From: a candidate division WOR-3 bacterium
GTDB lineage: Bacteria > Hydrothermota > Tepidihabitantia > Tepidihabitantales > Tepidihabitantaceae
Length of the DNA stretch: 45,852 bases
Assembly: GCA_965649295.1 (NCBI GenBank)
Contig: CBFGKH010000004.1
Coordinates: forward strand, 150,168-196,019
Direction of reading: 5' to 3'
Shown: piece by piece, positions 30,486 through 38,889 of the stretch
How the letters are laid out: each line of letters begins with the position of its first letter
Position numbering within the stretch: position 1 is the first letter of the stretch
Notes under the pieces: generated by a model
Told to the model about the DNA's origin: nothing
The model's input: the letters and a program-made list of their open reading frames with translations, nothing else
The model's database searches: none
Program-made: the position numbers and the translations under genes

Positions 30486-30655
30486 TCGCTCGCGCTTAGC
30501 GGAGCCGTTAGTCGAATTTGATTACCTCCTCTCAGCTTATTACTATTCGCGACCAATACTGACTGTCTCAGCTGCGGGTTCCTTGTAGCCCGAAGCAGTT
30601 GAGTGTTCTGGGGGCGGCTCGGAACTGGTCTGTACTGGGCCCAGTCTGGCATTCC

Positions 30656-30683
30656 TTGACTTCGCTGCCCTATGCGCTAGGCT
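30656..30683 (+). promoter_or_regulatory. promoter of tRNA-Gln
   Basis: TTGACT-16 bp-TAGGCT. Confidence 0.65.
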
Positions 30684-30696
30684 CCCTACGGCCCTT

Positions 30697-30768
30697 TGGG
30701 GGATCGTCTAACTGGCAGGACGGCTGGCTCTGGACCAGCTAATCGGGGTTCGAATCCCTGTCCCCCAG
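30697..30768 (+). tRNA. tRNA-Gln(CTG), CCA not encoded
   Basis: Acceptor TGGGGGA/TCCCCCA; anticodon arm GCTGG-CTCTGGA-CCAGC; T-loop GGTTCGAATCC. Confidence 0.95.
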
Positions 30769-30781
30769 CTGTTTTGACCCA

Positions 30782-30806
30782 GAACACCCTGCCTGCCAGG
30801 GTGTTT
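30782..30806. terminator. hairpin terminator between tRNA-Gln and the convergent operon
   Basis: GAACACCCTG-cctgc-CAGGGTGTTT. Confidence 0.7.
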
Positions 30807-30827
30807 CGCTTTCGGAGTCCGGTGGGA

Positions 30828-31607
30828 CTACCGCTTCAGCGCACGCAGCGAATCCAGAAGTTCGGCAGCCGACGGAATATCATGAAGGACTAACTCTGCC
30901 GGATGGGTTGGGTGCTTAGTGACCAACAGTCTCTCCAGTTCGACTATCGCTTCAGCCGTGCGGCCTTGCCGTGCTAGAACCCGTGCTAGTCCGAGCCTGA
31001 TAATCGTGTAGTTCGAATCGGCCGCAACACCCCGGCGCAGGCAATCCTCGGCCTTCTTGAGGCTGCCACCTGCCAAACCCGGCAAGCGTTCGTAAAGGCA
31101 GGCAAGCGCATACCAGCCAATCGCCGGGCGCGGATCGAGCTCGACAGCCCTTTCGAACTCACGCCGCAGCTCACCGGCACCCAAGGCAGCAGCCAGAGAC
31201 CCCTGGAGATTCAGTACGCTGGCCTGGGCAGTGGCCCACCACAGATGTCCTTCCGGCCTGTCGCTGTCAGTGGTACGCAGTGAATCAGCTACGGCCCGGG
31301 CCTGGTTGAACCAGTGCAGCTTTGCATCGCGTGTGGCTGCATCCTCGCCACGTTGAATGCAGTACCGCGCACTCAAAGCCCGGCAACGCGCATCACTCGG
31401 TCTGGTCTTTCGTGCCATAGCCAGCAGTGCCGCGCACGAGTCCATATACCCGTCGCCAAGATGCCGGTTGAGGAGGAACCACTCGGCTCGACTGCAGAGC
31501 GTGTCCGGCATGACCGGCCAGAGATTCGCAGCCAGCACGATTACGGACAACAGGCCGCTCAAGACAGACTCCCTGACGGCCGCAGCCGACCGGTCTGCCT
31601 CAGCCAC
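30828..31607 (-). CDS. exported TPR protein, TatT/BstC-like
   Basis: Hydrophobic N-terminus; H.W.A, FERAVELDP, LA.LY..LP..AGG..KKAE..L pattern of TatT-type TPR proteins. Confidence 0.6.
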   Translation of the reverse strand: MAEADRSAAAVRESVLSGLLSVIVLAANLWPVMPDTLCSRAEWFLLNRHLGDGYMDSCAALLAMARKTRPSDARCRALSARYCIQRGEDAATRDAKLHWFNQARAVADSLRTTDSDRPEGHLWWATAQASVLNLQGSLAAALGAGELRREFERAVELDPRPAIGWYALACLYERLPGLAGGSLKKAEDCLRRGVAADSNYTIIRLGLARVLARQGRTAEAIVELERLLVTKHPTHPAELVLHDIPSAAELLDSLRALKR

Positions 31608-32560
31608 TCAACGGTCTCACATAAAGACTGAATCAGCGGCCGAGGCCGATAACCAAGCTCCTGCTCAGCCTTGCTTCGGTTGAACAAGCAGTTCGACCAA
31701 AGCACCCGCAGCGAATACGATGTGAACCTGGGCCGACGCCGGGCCAAACGGTAGTAAGCCGGCGAAAAGACTGCTGCAGCTCTTGCCAGCCAGTTGGGCA
31801 GTCGCACTGACCTGGTCCTAACCCCGGCTGCAACAGCGACCACCCGCAGCAGGTCACGAACAGCTATCCGCTCACCGGATAGAATGTAGCCATCGCCGCA
31901 GCGCCCCCTCTCCGCCGCCAGGAGCAACCCTTGCACCACGTCGCGCACATCAACGAAATCATAGGCGCCATCAACATACGCCCGCAGTTTGCCGCGAGCA
32001 ATGTCCAGAATCAGCTCGCCCATCTCCGACCCGCGGAAGTCAAACGGCCCGATGATACCCGATGGAAAGACCAACACCGCATCAAGCCCCTGCCTGACAC
32101 CTTCCAAGACCTCGATACTCGCCCTGGCCTTGGACTCCGCATAGTCACCAGCCACCCGCGTCGGCTCGAACTCTCTCACCTCACTAATCGGAATACCGGG
32201 CGGTAGCTCTGGCAGCGCGTGGACCGAGCTCGTGTACACGAGCCGCCGCACTCCTGCCTGCCGACAGGCTTGAACCACATTCCTGGTTCCGAGCACATTC
32301 ACCTGGTCGAGGAGACCGCGAAGGCCGGATGAGATGGTAATGATTCCGGCCAGGTGAAACACGATATCCGCACCGCCGAAACCTCGAACCAGCGAACCCA
32401 CGTCGCGCACGTCGCCAGCCACAACTTCAATGTCGAGTCCGGCGATTGGCGACCGGCCCTCGCCATCAGGTACGACCGCCCGTACCTGCTCGCCGCGCCG
32501 CACCAGCTCGCGTACCAGCACGTTGCCGACGTGGCCGGTCGCGCCTGTGACCACAACCAT
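31559..32560 (-). CDS. NAD-dependent epimerase/dehydratase, 3beta-HSD/HpnA-like extended SDR
   Basis: VTGATGHVG, FHLAG, VYTSSVHA, YAESK, FVDVRDV, KA..ELGY.PRP. Confidence 0.85.
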   Translation of the reverse strand: MVVVTGATGHVGNVLVRELVRRGEQVRAVVPDGEGRSPIAGLDIEVVAGDVRDVGSLVRGFGGADIVFHLAGIITISSGLRGLLDQVNVLGTRNVVQACRQAGVRRLVYTSSVHALPELPPGIPISEVREFEPTRVAGDYAESKARASIEVLEGVRQGLDAVLVFPSGIIGPFDFRGSEMGELILDIARGKLRAYVDGAYDFVDVRDVVQGLLLAAERGRCGDGYILSGERIAVRDLLRVVAVAAGVRTRSVRLPNWLARAAAVFSPAYYRLARRRPRFTSYSLRVLWSNCLFNRSKAEQELGYRPRPLIQSLCETVEWLRQTGRLRPSGSLS

Positions 32561-32569
32561 CTCCGTCTC

Positions 32570-33979
32570 CTAGAACTGGTATCGAGCGCCGACAAAAACC
32601 TCGTCGTTAGCATCAAGCGGTGCGAACGCGGAACCCGCCTTGCCGCCAAAGACCAGGCCACCGAAATCCACCTGCACGCCATCTGCCGGCATCCAGCGCA
32701 GCAATGGCAAGGCGGCCAGTGACCCGTGCTTCGCATCCACTGCCCCGCCCAAACGCACCAGCACCCGGTCGCCGAACAGCTTCCGTTCTACTGCAGCCAG
32801 CACGAAGTCACGCACGGGCTCAGCCGTGGTCTGTACGAACGCCAACGGGAACTGACCGTGCAGGTACTGCGCATTCAGGTAGAACCCGGCCAGCGTGTAG
32901 TCCAGCCCGCCGATGACCGATACGTCATCGTCAATCAGCGAATCGTCGTACAGCGAATAGCCGGCTTCGGCCCAGAGCCCGACGCCGGCAATGCTTGCGG
33001 CTGCGTCCAGCCCGACGACCGTCCGGCGCGCATAGCTTTCGCGCAGCGTGAAATCCATCGTCAGGGCCTGCGTATCCATCACGGTTTGCGGCACCGCGGT
33101 CGGCAGGAAGTCATAGCCGCGTAACAGGCTGGCCGAGACATCGAACACCGAGAAGTGCGTGCGCACCCTGCCGCCGTAGGTCATCGCTTTCAGTGAATTG
33201 CCGGGCAGCTCGAACTCCTCGCTGACGTTGATCGTGTACAGGCCGGCGACCATCCGCGCGGTCGCCGAGTCCAGCCCGCGCCCCATCAGCTGCTGCACCA
33301 GTCCTTCCCGCAACTGCGCATCGGTCGGCAGATAGTCAGTCGAGTACCACCGTCGCGGTACCGCGAGCGCCGGTTCGAACACCGGCTTGGCCGCCAGCTC
33401 CAGCCCGAACTGAGAAAACGGGGAGTAATCGAGGTGCAGCATCCAGACCGGCCGCCGCGCATCCCACGTCAGCGGATCCGAGTAATCCGGCGTCACGAGA
33501 TTGTCGGTCGGATTGATGGCATCAGCCGTTCCCCAGTGGACGAGCTGACGGCCCATCGTCAGCGCCAATCCGGGCAGGGCATCGTGCACCCGCACGTACG
33601 CTTCGCCCAGCAGCACCGAAACCGGCTCCAACACAGCAGCATCGCCAAGCTGCCTAACCGACAGCAGGTCAGGAAACGCGTCGAGTCTGAACTCAACCCC
33701 TAGCTTCACCGTTACTCGCTCGCCAAGGTCCGGTGCGAAGTCCAGCTTCGCCCTGGTTTGAGACCAGCTCACCGCTTCGCTGTCCAGCGCCGTCGTTCTC
33801 AGGTGCAGCCGGGTCTGAACGTCACCGCCAATGCCCAGGTCCCTGGCGGACACAACGCCCATCCCGAGCAGAACTGCGCCGAACACAACCAGCGCCCTTC
33901 GTGCCCCACCGCCTTGCCTTCCCCTCTCTGCGCTCTCTATTCCGCACTCAGGTCTCTGCACTCGTCTGCTGTCCTCCAC
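32570..33979 (-). CDS. outer-membrane beta-barrel (DUF1302-like)
   Basis: Signal peptide, EAYV, GRQ...WGTAD.INPTD, amphipathic strands, C-terminal ARYQF. Confidence 0.7.
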   Translation of the reverse strand: MEDSRRVQRPECGIESAERGRQGGGARRALVVFGAVLLGMGVVSARDLGIGGDVQTRLHLRTTALDSEAVSWSQTRAKLDFAPDLGERVTVKLGVEFRLDAFPDLLSVRQLGDAAVLEPVSVLLGEAYVRVHDALPGLALTMGRQLVHWGTADAINPTDNLVTPDYSDPLTWDARRPVWMLHLDYSPFSQFGLELAAKPVFEPALAVPRRWYSTDYLPTDAQLREGLVQQLMGRGLDSATARMVAGLYTINVSEEFELPGNSLKAMTYGGRVRTHFSVFDVSASLLRGYDFLPTAVPQTVMDTQALTMDFTLRESYARRTVVGLDAAASIAGVGLWAEAGYSLYDDSLIDDDVSVIGGLDYTLAGFYLNAQYLHGQFPLAFVQTTAEPVRDFVLAAVERKLFGDRVLVRLGGAVDAKHGSLAALPLLRWMPADGVQVDFGGLVFGGKAGSAFAPLDANDEVFVGARYQF

Positions 33980-33980
33980 G

Positions 33981-34706
33981 CTACGCCCCCTTCTTCATAT
34001 TCGCCTCGGTGAAGAAACTCTCCTTCACGCCACTGTTCAACTGAAGCTGTTCCAACTTCAGTTCGGTCCTGCTACCCCGATTGCTGTCCATCATCCGAAT
34101 CAGACCCGGAATCCAGCTCTCGTCCTTGTTGACGAAGTCCGAGAACTCGATGCGCTTGGTCGGCTTGCCGTCCGCGCCGAGCTTCTCCACAACCAGCGGC
34201 AGGAACCGCGCCTGCTCGACCCAGAGCCGGCTGAGCCTCCCATCGCCGTCTCTGATGGTCAGCAGCCACACGGCCACGCTGTCGAGCCTGGTCTCCTCCA
34301 GTTTCTCCACCCTACTCTCATCGGCAAACGACAGGTTCGCCATCTCTCGATAAGAGAAATCAGACCCGCCAAAGCCCTGGTCAGCCATGCTGCCCGAGAT
34401 GCGCCGCACTCGACCCTGGGCCGGCAGGTATATCCACATGTTCTCAGGCGACGTGCTCATGAATGTCACCCCGCGCAGGTCAGCCGGCGACTGGAAAGTA
34501 ATCATCAGCCGCGAATCGCCTTTCATCACCATCTTCATCTCCCGCTTCTGCACGCGCGCGCTTCGGTCGGTTATTGTCATCGTCGCAACGGCTCGCCGGT
34601 CCCGGGCCGTTGTTACCTCGCGCACCCGATCCAGCACCTCCTGGCCGGTGACCGCTGACGCAAGATTCACAGCCACTGCCAGAGCAATTGTCCAGTATCT
34701 CATCAT
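33981..34706 (-). CDS. outer membrane lipoprotein-sorting (LolA-like) protein
   Basis: Signal peptide, F.SPADLRG..F, WIYLPA..RVRRI, F.GSDFSY.E, C-terminal FT..NM. Confidence 0.85.
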   Translation of the reverse strand: MMRYWTIALAVAVNLASAVTGQEVLDRVREVTTARDRRAVATMTITDRSARVQKREMKMVMKGDSRLMITFQSPADLRGVTFMSTSPENMWIYLPAQGRVRRISGSMADQGFGGSDFSYREMANLSFADESRVEKLEETRLDSVAVWLLTIRDGDGRLSRLWVEQARFLPLVVEKLGADGKPTKRIEFSDFVNKDESWIPGLIRMMDSNRGSRTELKLEQLQLNSGVKESFFTEANMKKGA

Positions 34707-37255
34707 TACCTCCGTTGTTCGGCCCGGCGCAGACTCAGCACTGCCGCGAGCAGACCGAGCGCGCCAAGACCTGAAAAAAGCATTGTGCCCGCAACCAGCA
34801 CTCCGAACTTCTGAATAATCTGAAGCGACGAAAAGCCGAGCACTGCAAACCCGAGTCCGACCGCCAGAGCATTGGCCGCGACTGCCGGCCCGACTGCAGT
34901 CAGGGTGCGCCGCATCAGCTCCGCGCCCGCCGCACCTGCTGCCCGCTCCTCACGATACCGAGCAATCAGGTGGCACGAGTAGTCAATACCGATACCGACG
35001 GCAATCGACCCGAGCAGCGCTGTCACTACGTCCACCTGAATCCCGGCCGCCCCCATCACGCCGAACGACAGGGCCAGCGTGAACAAGATCGGCAACAGCG
35101 CAGCAAGGCCAAGCCGGACTGACCCAAAGAGCACGGCCACGAGCAGTAATACCGCAACCAACGCTGTCACGACGCTCCAGGTCTGGTTACGCTGAATGTT
35201 CTCGTGCAGGGCCAGCACCGCCATCGGCATCCCGCCTACCCGCACGACTGCTGGCCCGCCCTTCGGGAAGTGCTCGGCCATAGCTGCCCGCACCTGCTGC
35301 ATCGCCAGGGCAATCTCACCGCTCTCCTGCCGGTCGAACCGCGCCGTGATACGCGCGACCTGATAGTCCGAGGTGATGAGCCGGGAGAGAAAGTCGGAAC
35401 CCGAGAACGAAAGCAGCAGCAAGTACTGCGCCACCGCGTCGCGCGAGTCCGGCAGCCGGTCGAACTCAGGCCTGCCATTGTTGAAAGCCCTGTTCGTGGA
35501 CCGCAGCACGTCGGTTATCGAATACACCTTTGTTACGTGCGGCACCTGCTTGAGCGCGGTTTCGAACCGCTCCATTGCACCGAGAACCGCCGTGTCGCAG
35601 ATGTCGCCGCTCACCAGGAACTCGAACTGCATCATCCCGCCGAACCGCTCATTCACGATGCGCGCCGTGCGGGTCGGCCCGGACCCGGGCTTGAAGTAGC
35701 TGACGAAATCGGTCTCAGGATGAACCCGCTGCGCCGCAACCAGCGACAACGCGGTCAGTATTGCCGCAGCCAGAATTACCAGCCACGGATGGCGATGCAC
35801 CCACTCGCCCCACGTCCCGAACCACCTTCCCCGCCGCCTTTCCCCTTCCGCATTCTGCGCTCTAGCTTCTAACTTTTGGCTTCTGCCTTCGCCTCCGCCG
35901 CTCCGCTCCTCGCCTTGCCCGTTGGCTTCTGCCTCTTGGTTTTTGGCTTCGTCCTCTTCGCCCCTCAACCCCTCGACCCCACCCCTCCTCACCAGTGCCA
36001 GCGCCGCCGGCACGAACACCAGTGCCAGCACGAAGGAGAACAGAATTCCCAGCGCTGAGAATATGGCAAACGCCCGAATCGAGACAATCTTCATCACAAA
36101 GTTCGAGCCGAAACCGGCCACAGTCGTGGCCATAGCGAGAAGGACCGGCAGCCCGGTATTGCCCACCGCGGTCCGCACCGCTGTTCGCGCATCGCTGCCC
36201 TTCCTTCGCTCGCTCTCCCAGCGCTCGACGATATGAATCCCATAAGCGCTGCCCACCGACACCAGCACCGGCGGCAACACCGCCATCACGATCGTAATCG
36301 GCTGCCGGAACAGACCAACCAAACCGAGAGTCCAGACCAAGGCGATGAGCACCGCTGCCAGGGGCAGCAGCACGCCATACCAGTTGCGGAACGCGACCAG
36401 CAGGACAAGCACCAGCACCAGCACGACCAGCGGCAGCAGCCTTGCCATGTCCGACGCCATCCAGTCCTGCATGTACTTCATCATCGCCGGTGACCCGGAC
36501 AGAGAGACCTGCCTCGAAAGCGACGACTGCGCCACCACCCGCTCGATGTCCGTAACCACCTTCTCCCGCGCCGAACCCGGGCTCAGTCGCACCAACAGCA
36601 GGGCCGAAGTACCATCAATCGAAACCAGAGTCCCGGCATAGCGGTCATCGGCCAGCACCTGCCGGCGCAATGCGGCCAGCCGCGCCGGGTCCTGCGGTAT
36701 CGAGTCAATCACCCGCGCAATAACAATCTCCCCCCCTTCCTCCTCGCTCGATTCCTCACTTTGGCTCTTGGCTTTTGACTCTTGACTCGTGCCTCCGTCA
36801 ACTCCGCTCCGCTCCTCACCTTGCCCCTTGCCTTTTTGCTCTTGGCTCTTGGCTTCGTCCTCCTTGCCCCTTGCTCCCTCTTCTCCTCTCACATCCTGTA
36901 GCGTCGTCAGCCCCTGCACTTCGCTCACGCCCGGAATCCGCCCGAGCGCCTCGGTCAGCGAATCGAGCGCCCCAAGCGTCTGCCGAGTGAATAGGTCTTG
37001 GCTCTCAACCACCACCGCAACCTCGTCCGACCCACCAAACTCGCTGTCCACCAGAGCCATCACCGCAAGGCCCGGGTCACCCTCGGGCAGCATCTTCGTC
37101 ACATCTGCCTCAGCCCGCAACCGAAGCAGGAACGGCGCCAGCGCCAGGGTCACCACCAGCACACAGAGCAGGCACCCGACCGGTCGCGCCGCCACCAGCC
37201 GCCCCAGCGCGACCAGCAGACCCTTCGTTGCTATCGGGCTTGCTTTACCATTCAC
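34706..37255 (-). CDS. MMPL/RND family transporter
   Basis: Duplicated architecture; GSAYGIH, TT.AGF.S, SIAVGIGIDY..H, GF.VL.FS; two low-complexity insertions. Confidence 0.9.
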   Translation of the reverse strand: MNGKASPIATKGLLVALGRLVAARPVGCLLCVLVVTLALAPFLLRLRAEADVTKMLPEGDPGLAVMALVDSEFGGSDEVAVVVESQDLFTRQTLGALDSLTEALGRIPGVSEVQGLTTLQDVRGEEGARGKEDEAKSQEQKGKGQGEERSGVDGGTSQESKAKSQSEESSEEEGGEIVIARVIDSIPQDPARLAALRRQVLADDRYAGTLVSIDGTSALLLVRLSPGSAREKVVTDIERVVAQSSLSRQVSLSGSPAMMKYMQDWMASDMARLLPLVVLVLVLVLLVAFRNWYGVLLPLAAVLIALVWTLGLVGLFRQPITIVMAVLPPVLVSVGSAYGIHIVERWESERRKGSDARTAVRTAVGNTGLPVLLAMATTVAGFGSNFVMKIVSIRAFAIFSALGILFSFVLALVFVPAALALVRRGGVEGLRGEEDEAKNQEAEANGQGEERSGGGEGRSQKLEARAQNAEGERRRGRWFGTWGEWVHRHPWLVILAAAILTALSLVAAQRVHPETDFVSYFKPGSGPTRTARIVNERFGGMMQFEFLVSGDICDTAVLGAMERFETALKQVPHVTKVYSITDVLRSTNRAFNNGRPEFDRLPDSRDAVAQYLLLLSFSGSDFLSRLITSDYQVARITARFDRQESGEIALAMQQVRAAMAEHFPKGGPAVVRVGGMPMAVLALHENIQRNQTWSVVTALVAVLLLVAVLFGSVRLGLAALLPILFTLALSFGVMGAAGIQVDVVTALLGSIAVGIGIDYSCHLIARYREERAAGAAGAELMRRTLTAVGPAVAANALAVGLGFAVLGFSSLQIIQKFGVLVAGTMLFSGLGALGLLAAVLSLRRAEQRR
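35840..35985. repeat. heptamer-based element, copy 2, in frame in the MMPL gene
   Basis: TCTAGCT TCTAACT TTTGGCT TCTGCCT ...; core 35898-35956 matches 36804-36862 at 51/59 nt by hand alignment. Confidence 0.75.
36735..36890. repeat. heptamer-based element, copy 1, in frame in the MMPL gene
   Basis: TTTGGCT CTTGGCT TTTGACT CTTGACT ... CTTGCCC CTTGCCT TTTTGCT CTTGGCT CTTGGCT. Confidence 0.75.
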
Positions 37256-37264
37256 TGCATTGAT

Positions 37265-37292
37265 AGTTTAGATAGTGGACATTCTATGTCAA
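37265..37292 (-). promoter_or_regulatory. promoter of the MMPL operon with candidate operator
   Basis: TTGACA-16 bp-TAAACT, 9 nt before GTG; inverted repeat GACAT-tct-ATGTC (37278-37290) and GATAGT direct repeats overlap it. Confidence 0.7.
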
Positions 37293-37326
37293 GAAAAATC
37301 CGCGGGGGCAATAATCGAGCCCGCGG

Positions 37327-37797
37327 CTATGGGCGTGGCGGCAGCAGGTCGGGCTGGGTCTCGGCTAGACCGCGGGCCAACCGCTCAAGTGTCTCAATAA
37401 ATGGGCCGAGGTCCTTTTCGGGAATCCGGCGCATCAGTCGAACCAATCCCTGGCGCTGAACACTGACCAGTCGCGTTGCTACCCGACGCCCCTCGCGCGT
37501 CAATCGGACATAGACGACCCGGCGGTCCTCCTCGCCGTGCTGCCGTTCAATCAGCCCCTGCCTGACCAGCCGGTCAACCAGGCCTGAGGCATTTGCCTTG
37601 GTCAGACCGAGAAACCGGGCCAGTTCGTTCATCTTCATCTGCTGGTGGCCGAGCAGCGCCTGCATAATCAGTGTCTGCGAAAAGGAAAACTCCTTGCCCA
37701 GCGCCTCGACCGACGTCAGCAGCCGGAGCCCTCGGACCAGAATCGGCCCGAGCCACTCCAGCTTGGACAGATAGAAACTCTCTTGCTGCTTTCTGAT
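37327..37797 (-). CDS. MarR family transcriptional regulator
   Basis: M.ELA..LGLT....SGLVDRLV..GLIER....EDRR.V.V.LT.EG; frame stays open 44 codons upstream of ATG 37665 to ATC 37797. Confidence 0.85.
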   Translation of the reverse strand: MRKQQESFYLSKLEWLGPILVRGLRLLTSVEALGKEFSFSQTLIMQALLGHQQMKMNELARFLGLTKANASGLVDRLVRQGLIERQHGEEDRRVVYVRLTREGRRVATRLVSVQRQGLVRLMRRIPEKDLGPFIETLERLARGLAETQPDLLPPRP

Positions 37798-37802
37798 AGC
37801 CG

Positions 37803-37830
37803 ATTATGAACCTGATAACCCTGAAGTCAA
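37803..37830 (-). promoter_or_regulatory. promoter of marR
   Basis: TTGACT-16 bp-CATAAT, 5 nt before the in-frame ATC. Confidence 0.65.
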
Positions 37831-38381
37831 GCCGCTCTTAGATTCAGGGGCCGACACCCTGAGGAACATCTCCAAGAAGTACCATCATAGCGCTGCTCGT
37901 AGCTCAAGAGCCAGGAGACCTGCCAACCCGCCTGGTAGCACCGAAGACGGCACAACTCCAAGCCCAATCACCAGCAGTGTCTGAAGGTAAACCATGAGCT
38001 GGTCTCCAAGCTCAGCCTAAAGGTGGTTACCTAAGGCCATCGGCGACATCCTAACAAGCTCTTTTAGCAACCGTGCCTGAAGGAGCTGGGGTAACCATCC
38101 CCCAGACAGCCCACTGGGACACGGCCTCAGTAGAAATGCCATGCGCCTAAGTTGTCACCATGCCGCCGCTTCCGTCGGTACGCGCCCTCAGCGGCTTGTA
38201 GGCAATATCGTTCATATCCGCCTGGCTCGAACCGGCCGCAAGCTGACGGCTATCCGCCCGCAGCCTCCATCCAAACTGCACCAAACGACCAGTCCGCGCG
38301 CATAACCTGGTGGGACCTGCGCCGCACGCGCCACAGCCCCACCACTTCACTCGGATCGGCAGCTACTCCGCTATGACTACG

Positions 38382-38566
38382 CTAGTTCGTCGGCTCCCAC
38401 ACCACTTCCCCGGCAGCGTTCACGTATCCGAACCTCTTGGAACCATCGCTCGCGTTCAGGGTCACGCAACCCAGGCCACGCAGGATGCTAGAAGCGTGGT
38501 CATCCACGAGCGGCACGACCGTCTTTCCCGCCTTGTCAATGTAGCCCCACTTGCCGCCGTGCGCAC
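38382..38566 (-). pseudogene. C-terminal fragment of a WG-repeat (KWG) protein
   Basis: Reads GGKWGYIDKAGKTVVPL...GLGCV......RFGYVNAAGEVVWEPTN*; no start upstream of the motif, in-frame stop at 38586-38588. Confidence 0.75.
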
Positions 38567-38764
38567 TGAGAGTTGAAGACTGCGGTCACTCTGCACACGA
38601 CGACTCATATGGCCCTCCGTCTTGACGAACGCAGCGCCTCCTGCTCAGAGGCGGTCTAGTTGTTGTACGGTTGTTCCGAAAGAGTCGTTTTGCGACGATA
38701 GCCTCGCCAAATCCGGTGTCAATGCGAATCAAGTGCTGCTGTTTCACACCGCCCTCAAACGCCC

Positions 38765-38792
38765 TTGACTCACAATCGCCGTGCGGTACCAT
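38765..38792 (+). promoter_or_regulatory. promoter upstream of the 38.8-39.7 kb gene
   Basis: TTGACT-16 bp-TACCAT, 6 nt before ATG 38799. Confidence 0.55.
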
Positions 38793-38889
38793 TCACCAAT
38801 GCCGAAGGGCACAGGATTGATGATGTTCAAAAAAACAACGGTGGCGCTCTTAAGAAGACTGATCTGCCGCGAGCGTAGGAGGTCTTGCT

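Noticed and set aside
30745..30768. tRNA-Gln as att site of a downstream island
   Set aside because: No duplicated tRNA 3' end or integrase noticed in the window
30696..30893. 65-aa ORF
   Set aside because: Overlaps the tRNA-Gln gene
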